Assembly: GCA_051047955.1 (NCBI GenBank)
Contig: JBPGPT010000002.1
Span: 248,001 to 312,000, forward strand
Direction of reading: 5' to 3'
DNA from: Cystobasidiomycetes sp. EMM_F5
Lineage: Eukaryota
Length of the DNA: 64,000 nucleotides
The translations under genes were made by a program, and so were the position numbers. The notes below the pieces were generated by a model. That model ran no database searches. It was not told where the DNA came from and saw only the letters and a program-made list of their open reading frames with translations. How positions within the stretch are numbered: the first letter of the stretch is position 1; each line of letters opens with the position of its first letter. Below are positions 1 through 18,879 of this stretch, piece after piece.

Positions 1-448
1 GCGACGGCAAGAGCAGCAACGGCCAATGGAAACAAGAAGTGCAATGCAAAACAAAAGTCGTCTTCAATGGCTTACCGTCGGTCGATTGCTACAACTTCAG
101 CGCCCAGCATTATCTCAAACTGGAGGTCCCCACGCCTGGCTTGACTTTCAAGCTCTGTGCACCATACAAACTAGTCTCAGGAATGTAGTTGTCACACCCT
201 GGCCGTCTCTTTAGTAATCTGTAGCCTTACTGACGTTTTCAATTTGTTACAAAGTAATCACTGTTGTTGTAGTTAGCCCAGCATCAGAGACAGTCCGTCT
301 CCGCGTACTAGGCCTCACACAGCTGTGTCCAGCCGTGTCCTCTACGTTATATATTCACACTTGCTTGATCCCGTTTCGTGCCTGAGGGGGTCCACCCTCA
401 GCTCTGCCTTGACTCACGCGAACCACACTTCAGCTTGAAAATCGCAAA

Positions 449-2172
449 ATGAGCGCCGCACCTGGTCGCAGACTCTACATCGGACGGCTCCATCCTGATG
501 CCAACCGCCTGGATGTCGTAAGTCCTGCATTTTCGCCGTTTGTTGCAAGTGCGGCGGGCGGGCAATCGCTGACGGGAACCGCCTACAACTCACGCAATCC
601 GTCTGGTGACAACGCGAACTTTGTCAATAATGGATACGATGCATAGGAGGACTTGTTCAACTCGGTCGCAAAGACTGTAGAGGTCAAGATCTTCAGCGGT
701 TTTGGCTTCATCGAGTACGACAGCATCGATGTGGGTGTGGCTTAGTTTACTCTGAGTCTCCGGTGGAACTGACGTGTACAACACCTTGCTACAATGCATT
801 CATGTCCGTTATGATCTGCTGCCTGCGTCGTACTCTGCTTGTCATACTGCCTTTCAGGATGCCGAGGATGCCATCAAAAAGCTAGACGGTACAGACTTTA
901 TGGGAGATCGGTATGTAGGGAGTCTTGTACGCACCAACCACCAACTAACAAATCGGCCTTAGCATTATCGTTCAGTTCGCCAAAAGCGCTGGTCGAGACC
1001 GCGAGCGTCGCGACGCTCCTCGTTACGATCGAGGCGACCGTGGCAGTGGCGGACGCCCAGAGCAAGGCTGGCGTTTGGTCATGTCCAATCTCCCTCCTGG
1101 ATGCAGCTGGCAGGTACGGTGAAATTCTCTTTGGCATCTCTCAAGCTCCTCCTGTGGCTCTTGCCGTTGCCCTGTGGCTTTCTTTCCTCGTGGTTTGGCC
1201 GTGGCTGGCGTACTTGTCGCACTGTGTCTGAGGCCTACACCGCGTCTCTAAGGGCTTCACTGCCATATGGATGCTGAGCAGACAACGGGTCCTCCGGCAC
1301 TTATGTTCGGAAACGTTTCCTACCGTGGCGTGGCTTTGACAAGCTTGGTTTGGTCGATGGCGGCTGCACTGGATTGTACCCTCTTCCGTCCTTTTCCCTT
1401 ATCTTTGTGGTCCTCTTCGGAGTGGAGCTCGAAACGGATGGATATGGAACAAGACTAATTGGCTCTTCTCTCCCTCTTTACCTGGTCTGTCGATGGCTTG
1501 TCCACGCTGGCTTCTGGTCCCCGTGACTCCGATTAAACAGGATCTCAAGGACTTCGCGCGCACTGCAGGCAATGTCCATTATTCTGAAGTCTCTCGCTCG
1601 GACCCCTCTGAAGGGTGGGTCATACTCTCAGCCAATCGGCTCGACTCTGCTAACATGTTTGGATTTCTCTAGTCTGGTCGAGTACATGTCTCACTCTGAT
1701 GCAGAGGAAGCAATCAAGAAGCTAGACGGAGTCGACATGCGCGGCAGCATTGTCCGGGTCGCTGAAGGACAGGCTCCGCCCGGTCAAACCTGGTCCAACC
1801 CTGTAGGCTCAATGCATACCTTCGTTGATGTGCTCAGGAACTGAACGATGTAACGCAAACCTCCAGCGCCCTTCTCCTCCACGCGCAGCCCGTGACGATC
1901 GTGACAGAGGCTACTCCAGACGGGACCGAAGCCGCTCGCCCGGCTACAGGCGTGACGATCGTGACCGTGACCGCGGAGGAGATCGCGACCGTTATAATGA
2001 CCGTCGCCGCGATGAACGTGATGGAGGTCGTGACCGCGATGACCGTGACCGTCGAGGAGGCGACCGCGATAGAGATGTTGACCGCCGAGACCGCGGCGGA
2101 GACCGCGATCGATACGATGACCGCCGTCGCAGCCCTCCTCGTCGCGAACGCAGCCCGCCAAAGTACGATTAG
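449..2172 (+). CDS. SR-family splicing factor with two RRMs (SRSF4/5/6, Srp2-like) and an RD/RS-rich tail; multi-exon
   Basis: RRM1 motifs RLYIGRL and GFGFIEY; RRM2 signature SWQ|DLKDF split by intron 1114-1540; C-terminal RDRD/RSP repeats ending at TAG 2170-2172. Confidence 0.9.
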
Positions 2173-2399
2173 GCAGCCTCGACAAAGGGTCGAAGTAGGT
2201 CTTAGACCAGTCTATCAGGTACTATTGCCTGTAGGATGGTAGCAAAAAGGATTTTATATTGAATTGGATGCTTGCGATCAATGGTATCGGGTTTTCATAT
2301 TGCGTCTGCTTGTGTCTGACAGCGTTTGACAATTATTCTCTCGGCCGAAGTTGTTCATAGCACGCCCTTGACTCTGCCGTTCACGCAAGCCCTGCGACT

Positions 2400-4622
2400 A
2401 TGAGCGAAGCTGGCACGGCCACCAGCTCAAACAATGCGCGCTTGCAGCTGAATCTGAACGTCCTGAAGCGGCATGACGCGAGCATTGTCGAGATTGTCGA
2501 CAGCACCAGCTTTGTTGTGCTATACCGCTGGGGCGCAGATGACGATGACGAGACCGAGCTCGACAATCAATGGGTCGGCGAACGAGATGCGATATTTGTC
2601 GAGTGTACTTGCTGACGGTGTGTATTTGCAGCACAAGATTGGTCTCGAAGGAACAATGTTCCTGTTTAGACGGTAAGTCCTGCGCGTGACTTTGAGCATT
2701 GCCGCTGTCAATACGCAACGACAAGTCGCAGATTGTCCAGTAAGTCTGGAGCTGAATGAGCATGGCTAACATATGCTCTGCGAATCTTGGACCCTTCGTT
2801 CAGAGCCCGTCCGCCGCTTTACGGCATCTTTGTTCTGAATCGTAACGGCCTCAACAATTTTACAGAAGATTTAGTCGACGAAGCCTACCTCGAACTGACG
2901 CCGGAGTTTATCATCGTCAAGACTCCGCATGGTTCGTTGTCATGCCGGGCGAACTTTGCCGACGAACTTTTGACTGTCTGACGTATCTATCATATAAACA
3001 GATTCCCAGGACGATGACCGTATACATGGCATTTGGGTATTCGAAGAGGAACACCGTGAGAGAATAGCACAGCGGATGGTGGAGTGAGCAAGCTTGTCTT
3101 GCGGAGGTTGTCTGATTTGACTGACAATGTTCCAGACTATGTCGACTTTCGAAAGCTGCGCAACCACTGCCTCAACAAGTGTCGATCCCTGCAGCATTAC
3201 CATTGCCAAGCTCGGCACCACCTAAGTCAAATCCTCCGGCCGGACAGTCTATATCTCTTGACGCCCTATTCGGAACAGACCGGATTTCGCCCACAAATCG
3301 AACCGCCGAAGCAGTACCAGTCCGTGCTGCACTTCAGGCTGGAATCAGTGCCTCCCAGGCGGAGAGCGGTGATGCGAACGTCGATGACCAACATGCTGGA
3401 CTATCCCTGTTGGACTCACTGTTCAGCAACGCTGCTCTGAGTCGAAAGCCTGCTTCGACCGGCAACCTCATTGATAATTCGCCCACGGTCAGTAAGCGTT
3501 TGATGACTGCGCAAACAAATGTGCACCAAGCGGTGCATGCCGATGAGACAGCCTTGAAAACACTTTTGGGCCTGACAGAGTCACCGAGCGGTCTCGCTGC
3601 CCCAAACCAGCCTCAGACTCAACAAAATCTGGGTCGCAGTAGAGGACCCTTGCCCATTCCGGGCGGTCACCTGTTAGACAGTGCGAGGAATATACCGGCC
3701 TCTTTGACACAGGCCTTGCCGACCCAGAATGTCCCGCAGCAAGCTCCGAAACAGCAAAACCTGCCGCATCCATCCCAGCGGGGTCAAGGAGGTGTCAATC
3801 CCAGTTACCCTCAAGTGGCGTACCAGCATCAGTATCCATCGACAATGTATGCAAACGTAAAATCTGCTCCGAGTGAACAGTATGCGCCGCCGCCGCCGCG
3901 TTCTAATCCGGTACCTCTGATGCCGTCAGTATTGCTCAATAAGAATCGCGGGGCTGCTGCTCCTGCGTTCCCGCCTCCCTCAGCACAGACGCAGCCGCAA
4001 AACCAGTATTTCCCTGTTCAATCGGATGCTCGCAGTCAGCCTGTAGTTGGCGCAGAACAAGGCCAACGTGATCAACCAGGTCACGTCCATAACGTGCTTG
4101 CACTATCACAGAAGGGCTCGCAAGCTGCTAGTAATTCGCAGAGTTCTGGCGTAGTACCTCCTCGCCTTCATTCGCAACCATACGAGCATCGATCAGGTGC
4201 GGCTTCCATCCCACCTCCGCCGGTTCCACCTATGGCTAGCCGGCCGCAACAATCACTTCCATCGCCCACCCAACTCAAGACCTCTACAACGGTGCAAAGC
4301 ACAAATTTGGATGGGCAACAACAGAGCTCGCCAAGTAACGCATATCTTGAGCGTAAGACTACGACTCCGTCACAACATGCGACTGCCCTGGACCTGCTCG
4401 AGGCAGCCATGCACCACAATAGCATACGAACGTCAGCTTATACACGTGCTACATCCACAATGGACAGGCGCAGCTTCAGCGATCACATTTATAAGCTGCT
4501 TGGGGTGAGACATGCTGCATTTGCATATATGTCATCGTGCTGACATCCAGTCGTAAATACAGGATGGTCGTTTTATGGAGGATTTATACCAAAGCTACCT
4601 GGCCAGAAATCGCAGCGACTGA
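2400..4622 (+). CDS. DCP1: mRNA decapping activator Dcp1 (EVH1 domain, long P/Q-rich linker, C-terminal helical domain)
   Basis: LNLNVLKRHD..IVEIVDSTSFVVLY, W|HKIGLEGTMFLF, YGIFVLNRNGLNNF and IHGIWVFEEE motifs across exons; last exon 4563-4622. Confidence 0.9.
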
Positions 4623-4915
4623 TACTATTCTGGTGCTCGTGTGTTGGCAGTGATCTTGCTACGTTTGTTGTTCCCTACGGTCGTAATCGCTTGCACACGC
4701 ATTGTTGGGCATTCACATGATATCACCTCTTTTGCTACCACTAGTAGTCTTCCCTATGTTGATGTTGAAAGTTTAGTTCAGCAGTGGTGTATGACCTGCA
4801 GTGAAGAAGATCAAGCAGATTTCAACTGCAGTACAGCTTTCTAGCCTGCGATGATCTCGATTTGAGCGTCTTCCCAGAACTCCTCTTCCAGCCAGCTCGG
4901 CATGATTCACGAATG

Positions 4916-5365
4916 TCATGACGATGGTTTGGAAGACGACACTTCGTCGACGCTCTGAAGACCAAGATTATCCCACTCGTCCTTCTCCATCAGACCACTG
5001 TATAGGATTGCGCATCAAGAAGGGCTAGAGGTCCGCGCGGGGATTGATTACTTACTTGTCCATCCTACACTTTAGATACTGTTTGGTGAGATGCCTGCAT
5101 TGCCCGTTTTCGTTTTTATTTTGCTTCAGGCACTTCAGGTAGGCCGTCATGAATTGTTTGCATTCGCCTGTGTAATGCATTTCATTCAGTAGAATATCGT
5201 AATAGCCAGACTAGGCTCTCACCATCATGGTCTAACGGGAAAGAACCACGATCTGGGTGGAAACGATAATAGCATTCAGCCTTGAACGGTTGTCATTCGG
5301 ATAGTAAGCCGACCTGGAGGAGAGACAGAGAAATTCGAGAAATTGGGAGGCTTTCCAAATGACAT
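4916..5365 (-). CDS. COX19: Cytochrome c oxidase assembly protein Cox19 (twin CX9C)
   Basis: Spliced translation [70 protein letters not shown]; not in the ORF track. Confidence 0.93.
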
Positions 5366-5672
5366 CGGATAGAAGAGATGGAAAGTGACGCGGTCAGGGT
5401 GCGAAAAGCTGTTTAATGCTTTCGGTCATGAGTCGGCAGCTGGGTGACCGGTAAACCTCAGTGGCGCATTTCGAGACTTTGTTTCCCATGAAAGCTGAAC
5501 GACCGCCTGAGGCCTGCTTGCACAGCATTAGTTCGCCGTATGGCTGTCGATGTACGAGTCCAACGTTGTTTCGATGACCGTACAACTTCGGCTGCTCGTC
5601 CTGCAATAATGACACAGTGAGACCGGGACCTGTTAGTGCTTGCTCTTCTCCCAAAACACTCTGCAACACGCA

Positions 5673-6355
5673 ATGGAGGTCGACCAGCCTGCCGATACTG
5701 AAGCAAAGGGCAAGAAACAACCGCGCTTCGAAGTCAAAAAAGTGCGGTGCCGTTGAGATATGATGGACCTCTCAGGGAGCTGATGCGCCAGGATACAGTG
5801 GCATGCCGTTGCTCTGTGGACATGGGGTGGGTGCTTGTGTCTCTGTCTGAACTTTCGTGCACGTCACTGACGGCTGCATTACAGATATGCAAGTCGATGT
5901 ACGCACTTGGACTTGCGGTCATCCGGTGCTCTGGCTGACATTATCGACAGAACTGCGCCATCTGCAAGAACCACCTGATGGAACTATGTGAGAGGCCTAA
6001 TTGGAATGGCCAAATGTTTTACAGCCGCAAAACTAAACGGATCATTGGCACTCTCATGCAGGCATCGAATGTCAAGCGAATCAAGCGAGTGCGACAAACG
6101 AAGAATGCTACCCAGCTTGGGGTACTTGCAACGTAAGAATCCCCGCATATCCGTCAAGATGTTACCGCTGATACTGATAGCTCCGTTTCAGCACGCTTTC
6201 CACTTCCACTGCATCAGCCGATGGCTAAAGAGTCGTAATGTATGTCCTCTCGACAACAGAGAATGGGAATTACAGAAGGTGAGAAGGCCATTTCCTCGCG
6301 ACAAAAGCTTTCAGGAACTGAACCTCCTCTCCAAATAATCCAGTATGGTGTGTGA
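5673..6355 (+). CDS. RBX1: RING-box protein Rbx1/Roc1 (cullin-RING ligase subunit)
   Basis: Exons give [74 protein letters not shown]. Confidence 0.95.
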
Positions 6356-6592
6356 TTGTACGCGTCTGACCCGCGCATCTACACGAATCATCTGCAATCC
6401 TGCGGTTTCACTCGTCATCCGCACTCAGTCTTCTTAGTCGTTACATGTACGCTTTCGCAGTACTTTCTACGAAACGTTGTTGTAAGCATGTCTGTGTACA
6501 TCCATATCGCCGGTTCTCGCTTCGTTGCCTTGTTTATCGTCCGAATTCATGATTGTCCACCAAAACTGCACTGCCACTTTGCACAACGTGCC

Positions 6593-7914
6593 ATGTATTA
6601 TGATCTTAACGTCGTCTGGCCTGCGCAGGTGCAGTCGACGTCTGCGGCAGGGGCCGGAGCAGCATCGTCCAACGAAGCGTTGAAAAGCAAGAAGCAAAAG
6701 GGCAAACAGCGAGCAGTCGAAGATACTGGCGCGGCATCCAACAAGCATGGACTGGAGCTGCTCATTGAGGCTGACCGTACTGAGCTGCGCAAGTCTGTAG
6801 AAATGGCCATCAAGCGTGAGTCTGGTGTTCGCAAAAACACATAAACATCAGCGTCATTTTGAATTCTACATTCATCAACAACAAAAGTGGGCTACTCGAC
6901 CATTGCGTTCAATCACATACTCCCAAAGACCAAGGTCGAGAATCGCGACATCATCAACTGCAATCCCTGCCATGGCGCTCGACCTGTATTTCCAGACCTC
7001 GACCCGAGAACGTCAACGTCTGCTGGCAAAACGATACTGCAGCTCAGCAGACTGACGGTCATGATGGACGAAGGCAGTATCACAGGTGGAAAAGGCGCGT
7101 CTTCATTATTTGTGGGTTCGCTCTGTCACAATCGATATACAATGCACATCACTCAATATGAAACGATACTATCCAACTCTCTTCCCACGTAGACTACATC
7201 CAATGCCTCGGTGCTTTCAGGCTACAATCTCATCTCTGTGCAGCCATTGGATTCAGCAGCGTTCACTCACGTCTGTATCAACATGGCGACCCCTGGACCG
7301 TCCGGAGTAGACATTATCGCTCTGGACCTTGCAACATCACCTCGTCTCCCTTTTCAGCTCAAACGATCACTCGTGCTCAAGGCAATCGCCGACGGAGCTT
7401 TCTTCGAAATCAGCTATGGGCCCGCATTGCAGGCTCAACCAATACCGAAAGAAGCGAGACGTAATGTCATAGCAGGCGCAAGAGAGCTCATTCGCGTAAC
7501 GAATGGTAAAGGTATCATCTTGTCAAGCGAAGTGCGTCGGTGCTTCGAGTTACGGGGTCCCGTTGATCTCTGCAATCTTGGAACTATACTCGGCTTCAAA
7601 CCAGATCAAGCTAAGGCGGCGTTGGAAGCCAGCCCTAGGCTCGCTGTGCTGCGCGGACGTGCGTATTGTCTGACGGCTACGTAGATGCCGCAGTCTGAGC
7701 TAACCACTCACCTCCGCGTGCAGACGCAAATAGAGGGACATATCGTGGTGTTATAAGCAATCCAGAAATTGTACCTACAGAAGTCGATTTGGGGTCTGCG
7801 GCGCCGGTACCATCGACTGGCCCTGTGTCAGCATTGCAGCCTGTCCAGTCAGGTGCCGGAACCAAGCGCAAACGCAATGTGGACGATGATCAAGGTCGAT
7901 CGCGGGCCGGCTAG
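6593..7914 (+). CDS. RPP1: RNase P/MRP subunit p30 (Rpp30/Rpp1)
   Basis: MYYDLNV start, GYSTIAFNH, DIIALDL, FEISYGP, GKGIILSSE, LRGPVDLCNL motifs. Confidence 0.9.
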
Positions 7915-8281
7915 AATTGAGATGCGGAAGAGTAGATACATCAATCATGATGTTGCGAGGCGTTTCGCTCGCTGCAGCATCGAACGCGCAGGCCGAGTAA
8001 TTTGACATGCCGAAATTCATGGGGAGTAGCCTGGTAGATATTTCGTGTTCAGGCCTCAAACGACGCCCACGTAGTGTCTGTTAGTAGTCAGCCCATGCCG
8101 CTACTCCGCAGCATATTCAACTGCATCCAGCAGCGGAAAGTGTCACGATGAAATGCGTTCTAAGGTCAGCAGCAGAACGCGACCCAATAGAGCTGGCATA
8201 CGTCGAGCGCGACAGGCAGAAAGGAAATGTGGTTGTACTCAAACACAACACAACCCAAAGAAAGCGTTACAAAGGTGTGGT

Positions 8282-8864
8282 TTATCGCTTGCCGCCAGCC
8301 TTCATCTGCGTCTTGCTGAGTTTGGGAGCGGCAGTCTTGCCAGCAGCGGGCTGTGAGGAAGAGCCCAGTGTCTCAGACGATGGCACACAAGAGACTCATA
8401 TGACAAGCTGCCTACCTTGCTCGAAGCCTTCTTCGCCTCCGCCTCCTTCTTCTTGTCCTTGCCCGCCTTCAACGCGGCTTCACGGGCAGCAGCACGGGCC
8501 TCTGCGGGCTGAGCTGTAGCGATGCGACAGTAGTCAGTAATGCTTCCATCGATGCCGCATGCTCATTCTTCCCCAACGCACTTCGCTTGCGCTTGATATC
8601 ATCGAGGGACAATCCAGCAATTCCACGCTGGACCTTGACCGTTCTCCTGCTGCGCTTCTTTGCTACCTCCTCGCTGACACCCTTCTTATTGACACGTCTG
8701 TAGATCTGGGTCCAGGCGAGCTTTCGCGGGTTCTTTCGTTGCCTGAATAAGCTCTCCTCCTTGCTGGCGACAAAGCGGAATGCCTTGCTGTCTGTTCGGA
8801 CGAAAAGGCGACCCCGTCCTGGGTAGATCTTGTAGCCGGATAGCGCGTCTAGTTCGACTCTCAT
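8282..8864 (-). CDS. RPL24: 60S ribosomal protein L24 (eL24)
   Basis: MRVELDALSGYKIYPGRGRLFVRTDSK..RKNPRKLAWTQIYRR; ends GGKR*. Confidence 0.95.
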
Positions 8865-9218
8865 GGTGACGATGTGATGCTGTTGTAGCGTATTACGTCG
8901 TCAATTGGGTGGTATTGCACGGCGAGATCGAGGTCGGTACAAGCGCAGCCAGCGAGATGCGGAAATCGAAACAGACCAGTATGTCAGATTTGCTCAGTAC
9001 GTATATGCTGGACGCCCTCACCTCGTCTTCTCTTGATTGTGATAGCAAGGCTTCGGAGGCTGGGGAGGGTCTAAAGGATTTGCCTTCCTCGCAGCCTCTC
9101 TTCCGCGAGGGAAAAATCAGAAGTTGCAGCGGAGAAATTCGAAAGGCTTGTACTGCAAAAGCACGAGTGACCTTGTGTGGACAACAACAGGTAGACTTCA
9201 CACTCAGACAGCTAAATT

Positions 9219-14519
<5,301 letters not shown>

Positions 14520-14906
14520 CTATATTGTTGGAAAATGATGCTATAAGCCTGATCAGGCTTTGCGGACATGTGTATGCAACCTATAGGGGACTGGTCCGCC
14601 TGATAGCATCTGGCGTTTTCGGATGTCTCTTACATCGAGATTTCCTGGCGCGAGGTTCGACAGGTTGAGATGCTAACAGTCAGCGGAGCCTTGCTAATTC
14701 TACACATCGCTGGCCTACATGACAATCTACCCCGCTCCAGAATCCTGTCGCCAATTTCGAGCAACCGCGGCACCGCCACGACACTGATACTGTCGCACTC
14801 GATGCTGTGCCCACCTGTCACTCTCCTGAAGTGACTCGACGGGAGTGACCCTGACACTTATCGTCCTGCTCTGCGACTTGTCTGCAGCGTTGTCCAGGCT
14901 CGGCTG

Positions 14907-16223
14907 ATGTTGCCAATTCCTGTCCCGCTCATCGTTTGGTTTGGAATCCTTGGTGTCGTGGTGTTAGCTGCAGTCGTCACGCTAGCCCGGAGTCCGCGCA
15001 AGTCGCGCAAGAAATCGAAGAGGAGTTCGCCGTCAGTGCCTTTGAAGAGCACCTATCTCGAAGCCGTCAACGGTCGCAAAGGCCATACAGCCACGGTGAT
15101 CTTCCTGCACGGCATGGGCCAATCAAGCCAAGAGTGGAAAGAGTATGCCGAGACGCTGAACGCGAGTATGCCACACGTCAGATTCATCTTTCCCCAAGCA
15201 CCGACCATACCTATCACTATATTAGGCGGTAAGTTCATGTTTGTATCGTGCTTGTTAGCTTATATCGATCTTGTTGCATCCTCGACGCTCTTCGGTGAAC
15301 AGGGGAACGCCAACCCGGTCAGTATTTGCTGTTTTGCGGGACCAAGGTGCCTGACACGATGAAACGAATGACTCTGCTCCTACATAGCATGGTTCAATAT
15401 ACGGTTAGTGAGACGTATGTGACAGGGGCAGGCACCGTGTCATCGTACTGACAGTCGTGCCCTTCGACCAGCGCCATCCGAGTCCCTCCACAACCTGGAG
15501 ACGAAGATGAGGCAGGCGTGCTGTCAAGTGCGCGAAGAATACATCAGATTGTTGAAAATGAAATCAAAGGCGGTATAGACGAGCGCAGAATTGTCGTCGC
15601 TGGGTTCAGTCAAGGTGGCGCGATGTGTTATATCGTTGCCATAACGACAACTCGAAAAGTGATTTACGATGACAAAGAGAGGTTACCGACAGAGTCTAAG
15701 ACTGAGCAATCTCCTTGTTTCGTAGCTTGCTGGATTTGTCTCTCTCTCTTCCTGGCTGCCCCTTTTTCACAAGGCCGAAGAGGTACGTATATGTTTACTG
15801 TAGTCATATGGAGAACGACGTTTTGCGGCTGAGCAGCTCCACATCCGTGCAATACTAAGCTTCAAAAACCGGGAACCTACAGTACGCCCTTCTTTCACGG
15901 GCATGGCGTGTCGGATCCGATCGTCAAGTAGGTATAGGCATCAACCTTGCGCTACCTTCTGCTTATTCGATTATCCACGCTCCTTTGAGGTTTGAATGGG
16001 GAAAAAGGTCTGCTCTCAAGTTGCAGTACGGTCTCATGTTTATGTCACACGTGATCTTTAAAGAGTATCTCGGTGAGCCTGCCCTCTAGTCGACAGACTA
16101 GTCTGGCAATTCGTCTCACATCTCATCGCAGGTTTGGGCCACACTGTGAATGCAGAGGAAACGCTTGACATAGGACAATTTCTGATGAGAATAATACCGC
16201 CGCTGGGAAACGAGACTGTTTAG
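14907..16223 (+). CDS. Acyl-protein thioesterase paralog, copy B, with N-terminal hydrophobic anchor
   Basis: HTATVIFLHGMG, AGFSQGG, HGHGVSDPIV, GLGH; same intron positions as copy A. Confidence 0.85.
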
Positions 16224-16961
16224 AGCACATGCAGATGCAACCGAGGCCGAGAATATTGTCCAAGCTCTTTACGCAGCAGTTGGCGTGGGTCTCGCTAAAG
16301 AGAGTGAGCATTCGCATTCCACAGGCAGATTCGATCTCCGTCCCAGTTTCGACGAACGATGGTCGACTAGGGTGCTTTCCGTCGCGAACACTACCGCCGG
16401 ACATTTGACAGCTTCCTCCAGATGCTGTAAGTACCGAGCATGGCACAGTACCGCGAGGTAACGCGACAATGTGGAGATGCAGTGCCGCAATGCCGTAGGA
16501 CAGAATTTTTGTTGTTGATACCCCTCACTTCCCGAAGGAAACTTCATAGTCGACGACAGCAGGTGCATCAATTCGGCCGAATTGTTGTAGAATGAGCACG
16601 GCGCGTGGGTACGTAAACGGTTTGTGACCTGCTTCGAGCGTTTTCGCCACTCAATTGTGCCTGACACGCTTCCCAAAGCCGCTCGTCTTGTTTGCACGGT
16701 ACCATCAGTCAACGCTGCACCGGGGTCCGCCATCATCTGCATCGGCGCACGATATGCAAAGGCGGAACGTATCAGCGCAGGAGCGCGAAACGATACTTCA
16801 CCATCCGGCACCTCAGGTGAGGGCACTTCAAACAGTCTGCTCATCCAGCAGTCTAGACGCTCACGCTGTGGTCGCTACTTGTACAGCATCCCGTCAATCC
16901 TCGGAATCTGCACTCCTCACCTCCGCCCGGGGCGAGCTCCATAGTTGCAGGCAATTTAAAC

Positions 16962-18193
16962 ATGCCCAGCGATTATCAAAGATTCAGCAGTCCGCCTGTC
17001 GGGCAGCCGCAGCCGCAATCACAATTTCCCAGCATGAACGCAAATGGCAGGCCATCACAAGACTATCAACGCTTCAGCTCTCCTCCAGTCACGAACGCAC
17101 AAGTCAATCAAGCACCCATCAGTATGTTTCAGGCAGCGACAAACATTCAAGGCAGCACGAGCGGCAGTAGCGGGACAGGAAAGCAGCAACAGCAGATGTT
17201 TGGCGTAGGAAATATGCAGAGTCAAGGCCCCCACCAACAGTACCCCAACATGCAGAACGGACAGATGCCGTGGGGTCAGTTTGGCATGATGAATGACGCG
17301 ACTGCACAGATGGGGATGCAGTTCGGAAGATCTGCTGTAGCTGCAGGTCAGGAATACATGAATAAGAATGTGAGCATCCTGCAGATGTGCCACTGATTGC
17401 AAAGGAAGCTGACTTTTCAGCTATTTGCCAAATTAGATTACACGACATCTGCCGGTGCAATACCTGCTGCACAGCTTCAACGTGTCCAACACGTATGTTC
17501 TACACAAGCTTCGTCTTGTTCTCTTTCCGTGGCGGCATGTGGGTTGCTGCACTTAGGATTGCATTGCAGCCAAATTGACGGTGGTGTGACATACAACAGC
17601 ATCCGTGGTCACGCTTGTTCAAGCGCAACGAAACGACTGGACAGATTGAGGGATACAAGCCGCCTCGCGATGATATCAATTCTCCCGACATGTACATTCC
17701 AGTGATGGCTCTGGTAACGTACATTTTGCTCGCAGGCGTGGTGACTGGCAAGCGTGGGGAATTCCACCCTGATGACTTGGGGATGACGGCATCAAAGTCT
17801 CTAGGTATCATCTTTATCGAATTCTGTCTCATCAAATTAGGGACATACCTGCTCGCGATAGGCGGAGAAGGCACCGTCGTCGACTTGTTCAGCTACAGCG
17901 GATACAAATTTGTCGGTATCATCCTGACGCTGGTAGTCCAGCTCGTCAATGTACGGGGCTGGATGTACTGGTCCGTCTTCGTCTACGTCTTTTGCGCAAA
18001 CGCATTCTTCCTTCTGCGGTCACTCAGATATGTTGTTCTGCCCGACCCGACACTGCAAGGTGCATTCTCAGATACGTCTGGCACACCGGCTACACAAAAT
18101 GTCTCTCACGTTCAACGAAGCAGGAGGATAAAGTTTTTATTCTTTATAGCAGTGTCTCAGATAGCGAGTATGTGGTATTTAATCAGAGTATGA
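16962..18193 (+). CDS. YIF1: ER-Golgi transport protein Yif1
   Basis: TAQMGMQFG, PPRDDINSPDMYIPVMALVTYILL, DLFSYSGYKFVG, NAFFLLRSL. Confidence 0.95.
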
Positions 18194-18879
18194 TCGCTGT
18201 CAGCGAATGAATGTATAATTACACACACCTTACAGAGACTGACTTTGACTGTATTTGGTCCAACACCTTTGGCAATAGTACGTGCTCGAGCAGGCAGACA
18301 TAGCGCTCCAAGTGCAATCAAATACATCTTGAAGCTCGTGACCTACTCGTGCAATACTAGTAGTGCGTGCGAAAATGATGTGGCAGTCAGCGTAGTGGAC
18401 ATCTTTGCCCAATTAAGATCCGCGACATGCTGTACTTGTAGCCCAAGACTCGCTTGGGCGCAGACTGAAAAGCTGGGCGCACTTCCACACGATACCCTCG
18501 TATACGTAGTGTAACAAGACGCAGCGACAACGGTTACAGCTCAATTCTGAGGAATGCGGGAGTTGAGAGTCAGCATATATATATATGTGCAACACAATCA
18601 TGGAGTGCAGAAATTTCCGGTCATTGTCGGGCAGTGTCAGTCACAGTCTGCGTGTGCCAGCGCTGACGGATGCCGCTGCTAACGGTTTAGGCTCTCTGTG
18701 CTCTCACTGTGCAGGAATATGATTGACTCTTTGCTTTCTGTGCATACGCAGATTGCGATCAGTGATGCTGGCAGACGAAATGTTTGAGCATTGTCCCATG
18801 CTGTAAACTACTTCTTCCAAATCCCAATGTTCAACGGATTCCGCAACTTCGGTCTGACTACGGAATTGATACTGCGACT

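Noticed and set aside
1784..2242. Alternative-frame ORFs over the SR tail
   Set aside because: Shadows of the repetitive RD-coding sequence
16269..16844. 191-aa minus-strand ORF upstream of YIF1
   Set aside because: No recognisable motifs and no convincing gene model; cannot be supported, though not excluded
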